A DNA stretch of 64,000 bases from Bdellovibrio sp. (lineage in GTDB: Bacteria; Bdellovibrionota; Bdellovibrionia; Bdellovibrionales; Bdellovibrionaceae). Positions 28,932-38,598 of this stretch are shown here, one piece after another. The stretch spans positions 224,001-288,000 of the forward strand of contig JAKFBS010000002.1 in NCBI GenBank assembly GCA_036677065.1, written 5' to 3'. The first letter of the stretch is position 1. Every line of letters starts with the position of its first letter. A program made the position numbers and the translations under genes. A model generated the notes under the pieces. That model worked only from the letters and a program-made list of their open reading frames with translations. It was not told the origin of the DNA and searched no databases.

Positions 28932-29960
28932 TTAAGCTCTTGTCTCTAGGCTTTGTTTTTTAGCAGCAAAATGACTAATTAGTTTGTCGATAGTTAAAGA
29001 AACACTTTTACTTAAGGCGCCTGAGATCTTATCTGACAGGCTTGGTTTTTTCTCGCAAGAAACTTTTAAAACTTTGTGAGTTTTAGTTTTGTTTAAGATG
29101 TAATCATCGCTTGTTTGAATTTTATCAACTAAGTTTAATTCCAAAGCAGTTTGACCATACCAGTATTCGCCCGTTGCCACTTTTTCCATGTCTAATTGCG
29201 GGCGGTATTTGCCTACAAAGCCTTTAAATAGAAGGTGAGTGATCTCAAGCTGTTCGCGAAATTTAGCTTCACCTTTTTCAGTGATTTCGCCAAAAATGCT
29301 GACTGTGCGTTTGTAGTCTCCGGCTGTGTACTCTTTGTATTCAACATCGTGTTTTTTAAGCAGTCGATTGAAGTTCGGAACTTGAGCGACAACGCCGATT
29401 GAGCCGATGATCGCAAAAGGGGATGCAATGATTTTATGAGCTACACAAGACATCAGGTAGCCACCGCTGGCCGCCACTTTGTCTACGCAGACAGTCACTT
29501 GTAAGCCAGCTTCACGCAGGCGCAAAATTTGAGCGGCTGCTAAGCCATAGCCGTGCACGACGCCGCCGGGACTTTCGATACGTAAGATCACTTCGTCGTC
29601 TTTTTGTGCCACAGTTAACACAGCATTGATTTCTTCTTTTAAATGTTCAACCGAAGAGGCTTCGACGTCGCCTTTAAGAAAGTCGATTAAGTAACTGTAT
29701 TTTTTTGGATTTTTATCTTCTTCTTTAGCTTCTTTTTTTAAGCGCTTTTTTTCTTTTTTAAAATCGGCATCTGTCAGGATGATTGAGTTTAAAGCTTCTT
29801 TTTGTTCATCGATTTTATCGTTGATGATTTCAACTTCAAAAGCTTTTGCCATTTTTGTTTTAACTGCGGCGCCGGCAATTGTTAAAATTACGGCTACGAT
29901 CGCTAAAACTATAATCAGTGTTTGTCCGAAGAATAAACCTAATTGCTGAAGAATTTCCAT
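28932..29960 (-). CDS. sohB: S49 family protease SohB
   Basis: ESPGGVVHGYGLAA, DKVAASGGYLMSC, GSIGV and TAGDYKRT; start placed at ATG 29960 after AAGGA. Confidence 0.92.
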   Translation of the reverse strand: MEILQQLGLFFGQTLIIVLAIVAVILTIAGAAVKTKMAKAFEVEIINDKIDEQKEALNSIILTDADFKKEKKRLKKEAKEEDKNPKKYSYLIDFLKGDVEASSVEHLKEEINAVLTVAQKDDEVILRIESPGGVVHGYGLAAAQILRLREAGLQVTVCVDKVAASGGYLMSCVAHKIIASPFAIIGSIGVVAQVPNFNRLLKKHDVEYKEYTAGDYKRTVSIFGEITEKGEAKFREQLEITHLLFKGFVGKYRPQLDMEKVATGEYWYGQTALELNLVDKIQTSDDYILNKTKTHKVLKVSCEKKPSLSDKISGALSKSVSLTIDKLISHFAAKKQSLETRA

Positions 29961-30109
29961 AAAGTTCCTTTGCCTGATTCTCAATTTCATTGAGGCTGAT
30001 GCGAAAAGTTACTGTAAAACTGAACCAAGATAAAGACAAAAGTCGGGAAATGACGTGAAATTATGCGAGATATGACGCTAAGTTTTAGTAAATATGAGAT
30101 AAATATGGG

Positions 30110-30862
30110 GTGAGATATTTGCTCTTACTTCTTAGCTGTATAGTTTTTAGTATGAAATGCTTCGCTTACGATCAGGAATTAGCTGATCGTTTAAAGGAAG
30201 AGCTTCAGCATGAAACCAATCGCCGCAAAGCTTATACAGAATTTCAAGACGAAAAGAAAAAAACTGAAAAAGAACAAAATAAAGGCTTAGCTCTTTGGAT
30301 TGAAGAACAAGAGCAATGGGATTCAACCCGCGAAAAATCTGTTTTTGAATACAAGAAAAATAAACGTCCAACACCGCAAGAATTTTCTAAAGAGTACTAT
30401 GCTGACTTAGCTGAAAAAGAGCGCGGTCAACGTGTTGTTGAAGAAGGCCGCAAACAACATATTCAAATTAAGAAAAACATCATCGCGCAATATCAGCCAA
30501 AAGATGTGGTCAGTGAAGAAGAAGAATTAGCAATTTTTAATCAGCGTCCACGTTATGATTTACGTAAACGTGGCCGTAATAAATGGACTAAATCTGGTGC
30601 AGGAATCGGCGGCGGCCAAAGCGGGGCACCTTCGGGCGGGTATAATAGCGGCGGTTTTCAGGGCGGCGGCGATAGTTTTGATTTTCCACCACCTCCACCA
30701 GCTGATTTCGGTGTTCCGCAAGATAATTTCGATGATTTTCCGCCACCACCGCCTCCGACATCGGATTTTGGTAATGCGCCAGGAATGTATGATTCAGGTT
30801 TTGGTGATGCGCCAATTCCGCCACCACCGCCTCCTCCACCAGAAGGTGGATGGGACTTCTAG
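30110..30862 (+). CDS. Secreted hypothetical protein with charged helical domain and Pro-rich tail
   Basis: Signal peptide; E/K/R-rich helices; Gly linker; three poly-Pro tracts; ends GGWDF. Confidence 0.7.
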   Translation: MRYLLLLLSCIVFSMKCFAYDQELADRLKEELQHETNRRKAYTEFQDEKKKTEKEQNKGLALWIEEQEQWDSTREKSVFEYKKNKRPTPQEFSKEYYADLAEKERGQRVVEEGRKQHIQIKKNIIAQYQPKDVVSEEEELAIFNQRPRYDLRKRGRNKWTKSGAGIGGGQSGAPSGGYNSGGFQGGGDSFDFPPPPPADFGVPQDNFDDFPPPPPPTSDFGNAPGMYDSGFGDAPIPPPPPPPPEGGWDF

Positions 30863-30869
30863 TTAATAG

Positions 30870-31610
30870 CTAGTTGTTCGCTTTGGGCTCGACAAGTTCT
30901 TTAATGAAAAGATCGTTGGTTGTCAGCCCTGTAAGTGCAGTCATTTTTCTGAACGTATAATATAAAATTGCGCCTAAAAAGATGATCGACGGGATCAGGA
31001 TCACGAGCAGTGAATACATCGTCATCTGGCCTAATTGTTGATTTAATAAATCTTGTTTTTGTTCGGTAGTCAGAGTCTCGGCAAGTGGGGTAAAAATCTT
31101 CAACGCCAGAAAAAAGTTTAAAAGTGCACTCATTAAAAATGACAGCGATAATAATTGTGTCGATTTTTGCATAAGGTTTTTAAAATCTTGTTCTTTGCTT
31201 GTTTCCGCGATTTTTGCCTGAATTTTATCAACATCAAAAGCAGATGGATTTAAAAATAAAGATTCAAAAAACGGGTTTTTTCCGTAACTAGAAAATAAAA
31301 CAAACACGCCGATCAGCAGAGGAAAAAGCGCTTCTTTGATCGCAAACCAAATTCCACCCAGAGCCATTAACGATAAGGTTCCTGAAATTAAAATATTCAA
31401 CAAACCTAAGAGCGAAATAAAATCCATTTTTTTATTTTTAAAAATTGAATAAATTCCTGAACACAGTGGCAGGGCTAACGCTAAAACTAAAGCGTTGGCT
31501 GGGGTTAAACCCCATTTGCTGCCTTTATTTAAAATATAAACCGGTAAAATAATATTTACCAAGATATGTGAAAAGCCTGTGTTGGTGCTAGATTTTGCTT
31601 TGGTTGCCAT
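30870..31610 (-). CDS. VC0807-family membrane protein
   Basis: NIILPVYIL.K, ALALP and WFAIKEALFP motifs; about 6 TM. Confidence 0.7.
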   Translation of the reverse strand: MATKAKSSTNTGFSHILVNIILPVYILNKGSKWGLTPANALVLALALPLCSGIYSIFKNKKMDFISLLGLLNILISGTLSLMALGGIWFAIKEALFPLLIGVFVLFSSYGKNPFFESLFLNPSAFDVDKIQAKIAETSKEQDFKNLMQKSTQLLSLSFLMSALLNFFLALKIFTPLAETLTTEQKQDLLNQQLGQMTMYSLLVILIPSIIFLGAILYYTFRKMTALTGLTTNDLFIKELVEPKANN

Positions 31611-31747
31611 AGGATGACGATTGTCATCTGATCATTGATTTAACGTCAATGACTTAAAATAATTCTGCTTTTATTTTAAGCTTTACGCGCTACGAGATTG
31701 CAAAGTGTGAAACGCCGAGATTCAATTGTGGCATAGGAGAGTTTCAC

Positions 31748-32635
31748 GTGAACACATCAATCAAAGTTTCTATTTTAGTCTCGGTACTAATGCTAACTGG
31801 ATCATGCGCAATGATTCAAAAATTAACTTGTAATACAAATAATGCAAAAAGCTCGGGCGCAAGAGATGCAACTAACGGTAACATTAATATGCCAGGGTTA
31901 AAATCAGGCGATTCTTGCGAAGGTGAATACACGGGCTCACAATTTCAAGCTGACTACCGTCAGGGATTTGAAGAAAAGAAAAATCAAATTTGTCAAATCG
32001 GTGAAATTACAAAAATCACTCAAGCCGGTGTTGATGCGGGATTATCAAAAGCTGATGTCGAGAAAAAAATGGGCGCTTGCGTGACAATGTCATCATACGC
32101 TTCGTTAAAAAATAATATGGAACGTGTATATATGGCGGGCTATTGCTCAAACACTCGCGCTGAAAAAATCGGTAACAAGCACGGTTCTGATTTAGCAGAA
32201 AAATCTTTCGAACAAAACTTTGCAGGCTGTGAAGCTAAATGGTCAATGTTGAAACCAGCGTATGACCAGGCTTATAACAAAGCTTCTGCGCAGGCTCATA
32301 AAAACAAACAAGATCTTTTCGTAAAAAACACTGGAACTTCAACTTTTATTTTAGATCAAAAAAATCTTTCTGCGAGTTGCCTTATTCCGGTAGATCAATC
32401 AATGGTTAAAGTGACAGTGAACAATCCAAATCCTTCACAAACTTTAGTGCAAGGCCAATGGAATTACCAATACTTCGATAAAGACTTTGCAAAAATCGCT
32501 GATGATTCAGGAGTCGATGCGGTTTTATTATCGCCGCAATCAAATAAGTCTTTTACAAAAATGACTTTACCAAGAAACGCCAGCTTCTGCAGAGCTGAAT
32601 TTGCTGGTGTTGCGCCAACAACAAATATCAAATAA
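31748..32635 (+). CDS. Cys-rich hypothetical lipoprotein
   Basis: Lipobox TGSC; repeated C...G..(D)..Y..(G) helical units; C-terminal Ig-like region; AGGAG RBS. Confidence 0.65.
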   Translation: MNTSIKVSILVSVLMLTGSCAMIQKLTCNTNNAKSSGARDATNGNINMPGLKSGDSCEGEYTGSQFQADYRQGFEEKKNQICQIGEITKITQAGVDAGLSKADVEKKMGACVTMSSYASLKNNMERVYMAGYCSNTRAEKIGNKHGSDLAEKSFEQNFAGCEAKWSMLKPAYDQAYNKASAQAHKNKQDLFVKNTGTSTFILDQKNLSASCLIPVDQSMVKVTVNNPNPSQTLVQGQWNYQYFDKDFAKIADDSGVDAVLLSPQSNKSFTKMTLPRNASFCRAEFAGVAPTTNIK

Positions 32636-32657
32636 TTTGTTTTCTATTGTAAACAAA

Positions 32658-32672
32658 TTCTCAGATTGAGAC
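32658..32672. promoter_or_regulatory. Palindromic box TTCTCA-GAT-TGAGAC upstream of fibre gene 1
   Basis: Seen directly; related to the boxes at 5914, 15409 and 38625. Confidence 0.45.
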
Positions 32673-32675
32673 AGT

Positions 32676-32714
32676 AAAAAAAATCGTCAAGGCACAAACC
32701 TTGGCGATTTTTTT
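32676..32714 (+). terminator. Intrinsic terminator
   Basis: A-tract-TCGTCAAGG-CACAAA-CCTTGGCGA-T7. Confidence 0.8.
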
Positions 32715-32754
32715 ATTTTGGCTCAATTTATTTGATCTGGTTGCAGTGGTTACT

Positions 32755-32782
32755 TAAATATTTATGGCATTAATCCCGATAA
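32755..32782 (+). promoter_or_regulatory. Sigma28-like promoter of fibre gene 1
   Basis: TAAA-N16-CCCGATAA-N7-GTG. Confidence 0.55.
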
Positions 32783-32789
32783 GAAAGGG

Positions 32790-35700
32790 GTGAATTGTGT
32801 ACGTGCGCAGGCGAAAAATCTGAACCATTTTAGTATTATTCTATTTGTATTTATTATTTTAAATACGTTATCTGCCTTTGCTGGCCCTGCCAATACCACA
32901 TACCAGGCTAAAATTATTAAACCTGATGGCCTTCCTCTTGAAGCGTCTAGTGTGAATTTTAAATTCACGATTTTAAATCCAGCTGGCACATGTATTCTTT
33001 ATGCTGAAACTTATTCAGCGGTGAACATGTCAGGGGCGGGTGGATTAATTTCTTTTGCTTTAGGCAGTGGTGTTAAAACTTATCCGGTATCTGCCACAAC
33101 TTTTGAACAAGTTTTTTCAAATGTCACTCCAAGTTTATCTTGCGATGCCGGCGGACCGCCAGCGTATTCGCCTTTAGCTGCTGATGCTCGAAAAATTGTT
33201 ATGCAGTTTCATGACGGCAGTGGGTGGCAAACCTTGCCTGCAATGAATGTCAATGCTGTGCCGTATGCAATGTACGCGAATGAAGCGCAAAAGATTTCTG
33301 GACTTCCAACGTGTAATCCTGGCGAAGCCTTATCTTACAACGGTGTGACTTTTACTTGTGAGACGATCAGTGGTGTAACTTCTTCGACGATCACTACAGC
33401 TTTAGGTTATACGCCTGCTGATAACGCGGATATCGTAAATATGACTTCAAATGTTTCTAGTGTTTCAACAACTGTGTTTTCTGTTTCTTCGACAGTTGCG
33501 GGCTTAACAAATTCTGTTTCAACTTTAGCGAACACTGTGGCAGCTTCGTTTTCGGCAATCACCAGTTCGCAGTGGTTATCTAGCGGCACAACAATTAATT
33601 ATTCTTCTGGTAATGTTGGTATTGGTACGGCTGCGCCGATGGCGAAGTTACATCTAGCCGATAATATAGCGACCATTATTATTTTAGATGGTTCACTTAA
33701 TTCAACAGGCGCCCCAGGATATGCAACACGTAAGTCACGTGGTACTATCGCTTCTCCGACCGCAGTTTTGCAAAACGATTACATCGGAACTTTTGGTGCC
33801 AGAGGATATGGAACCACCGGGTATTCGGCATCGACAAAAGGATTGATCGGAATCAGAACAACAGAAAATTGGACAGACTTAGCGCAAGGAACGGCCATAG
33901 TATTTGAAACTACTGCCGTTAGTTCAACAACACGTTTAGAACAAATGCGCATTGATGGCGCAGGCAATGTGGGAATTGGTCTATCGTCGCCAGAAGCTAA
34001 ATTACACATCGCTGCTGGCACATCAGCAACGACAGCTTTTAAACTAACTTCAGGAACACTACTTACAACCCCGACATCGGGTGCGGTTGAGTATGATGGT
34101 TTTAATTTATATTACACAGATGGAACGAACACTCGCCGTACACTGGCAACAGATGCAAGCGCTGTGACATCGTCTGCGATTACCTCAGCGCTAGGTTACA
34201 CGCCTGCAAATAGTTCAGTGGTGGCCTCTCTTGCAGCTACCGTTTCTGGAATTGCTGCCACACAGTGGGCGACATCTGGCACAACCATAAATTATGCAAA
34301 CAATGTCGGTATCGGAACTGTGAATCCAACTTCAGCATTGCAAGTTTCTGGTACGGCGCAAATTTCTGGGCAAATGTTACTTGGTAAAAATCCTGCGACG
34401 GGCGGGTTTTTTAATTTTGGTCCACTGCTTGGTGATAATGTGGCTTACAGCGGGCCTTTCTTTTTGCAAGAGACAATAACTGATCTTTCTGCGGCTCACA
34501 CTATAGGACATGGCGTATCGATTAAATTAAATGGAAGCGCGAACAGCACCGGTTTAGTTTTTAATGGATTAAATTTTTTACAAGTGCAGTCAGGTAGTAC
34601 CGTCAATTATGGAAGTTTGTTTGGTGATTTGGGTATTGTTGAGCATGATGGAAGCGGAAGCGCTTCAGATATGACAGGCATGAGTGCCTTAGCTCTGAAA
34701 AGCGGATCAGGCTCAGTGTTTTCGGTTCAAGCGATGAATGGACGCTCTTATATTTACGGTGGATCAGTCACCAATGCCTACGGTGCTTTCTTCGGTGCGG
34801 CAAATGCTGGCGGAAACATTACTAACAACTATGGGGTATGGATTGATTCAGCAATAAATACTGGGGCCGTCGCAAATAATTATGGTTTGTATATTAATGA
34901 TCAAAATTTCGTAACAGCATCACAAACATATAATATTTATTCTGCGGGCTCTAATAGTAGAAACGCTTTCATGGGATTTGTAGGTATTGGCACCGCAGCA
35001 CCAAATGCGAGATTGCATCTGACGGCAGGCACTGCTTCATATGCTCCATTAAAATTGACCAGCGGTACTCTCTTAACAACACCTGCCTCAGGGGCGATCG
35101 AATATGATGGCTTTAATTTATATTATACCGATGGCAGCAACACTCGTCGCACAATTGCCACGGGCTCTGGTGTAACATCAGCTGCGATTGTTTCAGCGCT
35201 TGGCTATACTCCGGCAAACAGTGCAACGGTTGCAACACTTTCATCGACAGTAACAAGCTTAGCGGCGACAGTGTCTGGTGTTGTATCTTCGCAGTGGGCA
35301 ACAAGTGGTACTGCAATTAATTATTTATCAGGAAATGTGGGTGTTGGATTAACAAATCCAGCGCAAGCTCTCGACGTGAGCGGAACTGTTAAGGCTACAA
35401 AATTTTATGCCGGTGATGGCGCATTTAATAATCCATCTATTGCGTTTACAAATAGTTCAAACACTGGGTTTTACAATGCCGGTGGCAGCCTTGGTATTTC
35501 TGTTGGTGGTGGGCTTAAAGGTACATGGTCTTCTGGTAGCTTAAGCTTTAATGCCGGCGGCGCTGGTCCACAAATTTATTTTACGGGCGGTAATGCCGCT
35601 CAACCATCTTACGCGTTTAATGTGGATTCTGATACAGGAATGTTTAATCCGAATTCTTCAGGTGGCAGTAACGAATTAGGTTTTTCAACTTCAGGAACAG

Positions 35701-37781
35701 AAAAAGTTCGTATTACTTCAGCAGGTAGTGTCGGGATTGGGACAACTACGCCAGACAGTGCACTAACAATTAATTCGAATAACACTAAAACAACTTTGCA
35801 TCTTACAGCTATGGGTGGTGGCGGATATCTTAGTGCTCGCGGTAATACCTCTCAGCTAGATGTGTTTGGTGGCTATGAATATGACTTGGCTGCAGCTAAT
35901 TACAAGGCTCGTGCAACAGCCGCTGCCGGCGTTGAGTTCAATGCCGGCACTTTTCGCGCATACACCAATTCAGGTCTAACAAGTGGAAACACATTCACTC
36001 CTACGGAACGCCTGCGTATCGATACAAGCGGTAATGTCGGTATAGGAACTACAGGGCCAACTGCTAAATTGCACGTGCGCCAGTTAGCTTCTGAATCACC
36101 GTTTAGTGTAGATAAAGCCGATGGTACAAATGTTATGAACGTGGATTGGGCGGGTCGTATTACGATGGATACAAACGTAAATTCGACGGTTCCGATGTTA
36201 ACTGTGGGTAATGGAAATTTCGGCGGTCGTTTGCTTGTATTAAATGGTAAGTCCGGTAATACAAGCAATCTTCTTGAAGCTAAACACAACAGCGCGGATA
36301 AATTTGTTGTTACCTACACGGGCGCAACAGGTATTGGCACAAGTGCGCCAACAACAGCGTTACATATTGTAACTAGTGGCGCGGGCACGGCAAGAGGGCT
36401 ACGCATTAATTCAACAGGCACAGGAAACAGCATTTTTGCTGAAGCGCAGTTTGCCACGGATGCACGTGAATTTCGTATTGGTGTGGGCGGTGCTTCGGAG
36501 ACAACATACAACGTGCCTGGAAAATTTTATCTTTTTGATAACAACGCCAATGCGATGCGCATGGTTGTTGATTCAAGTGGTCATGTCGGTGTTGGCACAA
36601 CAACTCCAGCTTATAAATTTTCGCTTTATGAAGGCGCGGGAAATGTTATCACCAATGTCGAAAGTGGTAACAATGGTTCAGCCGCATACACACGTACAAC
36701 CGGAAAAACTTCTGGTGGGGTTACGCGCACGATGGGGTCTGGTTTAAATATCAGCGATAGTAATGGTAATTTTGAACTTTACGATTTTACCGCAGGCGCA
36801 TCACGGCTTTATGTGAATGCTGCAGGTAATGTCGGCGTCGGCACAACTGCACCATCAAATATTCTTTCTGTGGGTTCAGATTTAGGTTCAATGGTAAATT
36901 CTTCGGGCACAATAACTCTTGGAAGTGCAAATACAAATACTCTATTTACCTTAGGGCAAGATGCGACCAATCGTGGACGCATCAGATGGAATTATAACTC
37001 TACACCAGCAAATGCCTTTATGTCGGTCGGTTCAAACGTTGGCCAGGCTTTAGTTTTACAAGATAACGGTGGTAATGTCGGTATTGGTACAACGTCGCCG
37101 ACAAATACACTTTCAATTGTTGGTTCAGAAAAACAAATTTATATTCGCGACTCTGATGATCCAACCGGAGTATGGGCGATTGGTACAATCGGTGCGGATA
37201 ATAAAAATTTAAATTTCATTGATGATAATGCCAATGTGCGAATGACGCTGACTGAAGCTGGCGCATTGGGGGTCGGAACGTCATCGCCAACTTATAGATT
37301 AGATGTTGCTGGCGATATCCGAATTACCGGTACACCTTACCGTAATGGCGGAGATTCAGCCTGGATCGTGCCTTCGGATGCACGCCTTAAAGATGTGGTT
37401 TCAACTTATGATCGTGGTTTACGTGAAATCGCTAATATTGATACGATTATTTTTAATTATAAAAAAGATAATCCAAAACAAATTGATTCGTCAGTGAAAT
37501 ACACAGGAGTGCTGGCGCAACAAGTACAGCAGCAAATTCCTGAGGCTGTTAAAGTTGAAAAAGATGGATTTTTATCGCTGAACACCACGCCAATATTTTG
37601 GGCGATGATTAATGCGATTAAAGAGCTATATCATGACGTCTTAGGAATTAAGGCAGAAAATGCTCAGCTTAAAGCGCAAAGCATCGAGCAAGCGCGCAAG
37701 ATCCAAAGTCTTGAATCCGAAAATGCAGCTGTTAAGGCGCGCTTGGAGCGTATTGAAAAAGCTCTTGAAAAAACAAAATAA
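32790..37781 (+). CDS. Trimeric fibre adhesin with C-terminal S74 intramolecular chaperone (Bdellovibrio MAT-like)
   Basis: Signal peptide; TYQAKIIKPDG head; many GNVGIGT..P repeats; SDARLK at 37374; C-terminal coiled coil. Confidence 0.88.
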   Translation: MNCVRAQAKNLNHFSIILFVFIILNTLSAFAGPANTTYQAKIIKPDGLPLEASSVNFKFTILNPAGTCILYAETYSAVNMSGAGGLISFALGSGVKTYPVSATTFEQVFSNVTPSLSCDAGGPPAYSPLAADARKIVMQFHDGSGWQTLPAMNVNAVPYAMYANEAQKISGLPTCNPGEALSYNGVTFTCETISGVTSSTITTALGYTPADNADIVNMTSNVSSVSTTVFSVSSTVAGLTNSVSTLANTVAASFSAITSSQWLSSGTTINYSSGNVGIGTAAPMAKLHLADNIATIIILDGSLNSTGAPGYATRKSRGTIASPTAVLQNDYIGTFGARGYGTTGYSASTKGLIGIRTTENWTDLAQGTAIVFETTAVSSTTRLEQMRIDGAGNVGIGLSSPEAKLHIAAGTSATTAFKLTSGTLLTTPTSGAVEYDGFNLYYTDGTNTRRTLATDASAVTSSAITSALGYTPANSSVVASLAATVSGIAATQWATSGTTINYANNVGIGTVNPTSALQVSGTAQISGQMLLGKNPATGGFFNFGPLLGDNVAYSGPFFLQETITDLSAAHTIGHGVSIKLNGSANSTGLVFNGLNFLQVQSGSTVNYGSLFGDLGIVEHDGSGSASDMTGMSALALKSGSGSVFSVQAMNGRSYIYGGSVTNAYGAFFGAANAGGNITNNYGVWIDSAINTGAVANNYGLYINDQNFVTASQTYNIYSAGSNSRNAFMGFVGIGTAAPNARLHLTAGTASYAPLKLTSGTLLTTPASGAIEYDGFNLYYTDGSNTRRTIATGSGVTSAAIVSALGYTPANSATVATLSSTVTSLAATVSGVVSSQWATSGTAINYLSGNVGVGLTNPAQALDVSGTVKATKFYAGDGAFNNPSIAFTNSSNTGFYNAGGSLGISVGGGLKGTWSSGSLSFNAGGAGPQIYFTGGNAAQPSYAFNVDSDTGMFNPNSSGGSNELGFSTSGTEKVRITSAGSVGIGTTTPDSALTINSNNTKTTLHLTAMGGGGYLSARGNTSQLDVFGGYEYDLAAANYKARATAAAGVEFNAGTFRAYTNSGLTSGNTFTPTERLRIDTSGNVGIGTTGPTAKLHVRQLASESPFSVDKADGTNVMNVDWAGRITMDTNVNSTVPMLTVGNGNFGGRLLVLNGKSGNTSNLLEAKHNSADKFVVTYTGATGIGTSAPTTALHIVTSGAGTARGLRINSTGTGNSIFAEAQFATDAREFRIGVGGASETTYNVPGKFYLFDNNANAMRMVVDSSGHVGVGTTTPAYKFSLYEGAGNVITNVESGNNGSAAYTRTTGKTSGGVTRTMGSGLNISDSNGNFELYDFTAGASRLYVNAAGNVGVGTTAPSNILSVGSDLGSMVNSSGTITLGSANTNTLFTLGQDATNRGRIRWNYNSTPANAFMSVGSNVGQALVLQDNGGNVGIGTTSPTNTLSIVGSEKQIYIRDSDDPTGVWAIGTIGADNKNLNFIDDNANVRMTLTEAGALGVGTSSPTYRLDVAGDIRITGTPYRNGGDSAWIVPSDARLKDVVSTYDRGLREIANIDTIIFNYKKDNPKQIDSSVKYTGVLAQQVQQQIPEAVKVEKDGFLSLNTTPIFWAMINAIKELYHDVLGIKAENAQLKAQSIEQARKIQSLESENAAVKARLERIEKALEKTK
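34041..35162 (+). repeat. Internal direct repeat of about 111 bp (copies 34041-34151 and 35052-35162; diverged copy 40651-40758)
   Basis: KLTSGTLLTTP(T/A)SGA(V/I)EYDGFNLYYTDG(T/S)NTRRT(L/I)AT in both copies. Confidence 0.85.
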
Positions 37782-37793
37782 ATAATCGTTTTA

Positions 37794-37809
37794 AGGTATA
37801 GTCTTTGCT
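37794..37809 (+). promoter_or_regulatory. Candidate sigma54 -24/-12 promoter of the hemerythrin gene
   Basis: AGGTATAGTCTTTGCT has GG-N10-GC spacing with TTGC; AAGGAGG RBS downstream. Confidence 0.45.
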
Positions 37810-37839
37810 TCTTTATGTATCCGCACGTAAGGAGGCATT

Positions 37840-38481
37840 ATGACCATCGCTGATAATCAAGAGACAACCTATTCGACTTCAAATCGTCACGGATTTTTCT
37901 ATACCATGCTGCATGACTTGCGAAAATCGTTGCGCGGCGAAGCTCATACCATTGTTGAAATTCGTCAAGAGATGAATGCGGCTTTGCGCAAACAAACTCA
38001 GCTTATTGAGGTACTTAAAGATCATCATAATTATATCAAAGAATCACTAATAGTTTGTTTAGATCGGGATGCTCGCGATAGTGAAAAACAAATTCATCTG
38101 GATCGGTTGTTAAAATTATTTGAAATGCATGCAAAAGCCGAAGAGCAAACTCTTTATAAGCTGATGATTGCAAGTTCTGAAAAATTACCGCGCGTCGATG
38201 CAAGTCTTGCACAAGATGAGCATGAAATTATTTATCAATTGGCTGATCAGCTGCGTGATATGCATTTTCAATCACTCTGGACAGAAGATGTCGAAGCAAA
38301 ATGTTTAGTTCTTTGTGAATTAATTGTGAATCACTTTAAAAAAGAAGAGTCAGAAATTTTTCCAGTAGCGAAAGATCGCATAAATACAGGCCAGCTAAAT
38401 GACACGGCCTCTGAGTATCTCAATTTATGTGAAAATTATTTAGCTATGAGTGAAATACGAGCTAAGGGTATATTCTTATAA
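37840..38481 (+). CDS. Hemerythrin/HHE domain protein
   Basis: LKDHH, HAKAEEQTLY, DEH and HFKKEESEIFP motifs. Confidence 0.85.
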   Translation: MTIADNQETTYSTSNRHGFFYTMLHDLRKSLRGEAHTIVEIRQEMNAALRKQTQLIEVLKDHHNYIKESLIVCLDRDARDSEKQIHLDRLLKLFEMHAKAEEQTLYKLMIASSEKLPRVDASLAQDEHEIIYQLADQLRDMHFQSLWTEDVEAKCLVLCELIVNHFKKEESEIFPVAKDRINTGQLNDTASEYLNLCENYLAMSEIRAKGIFL

Positions 38482-38563
38482 GCGTTTTTAACTAGATTTT
38501 AACCGAGGCAGGCGAACTGCCAACAAAGTATTTTTTCATAAGCATTGTGAATGAGAAAATGGT

Positions 38564-38591
38564 TAAACCCATAAACGATTTCTACCGATTC
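38564..38591 (+). promoter_or_regulatory. Sigma28-like promoter of fibre gene 2
   Basis: TAAA-N16-ACCGATTC-N7-GTG, same geometry as fibre gene 1. Confidence 0.5.
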
Positions 38592-38598
38592 GTACTTT

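Noticed and set aside
30095..30110. TGAGATAA-N7-GTG as another sigma28-type leaderless start
   Set aside because: CCGA core is missing and there is no properly spaced -35
30555..30866. Alternative-frame His/Arg-rich ORF and its antisense counterpart
   Set aside because: By-products of the CCA/CCG poly-Pro codons in the main ORF
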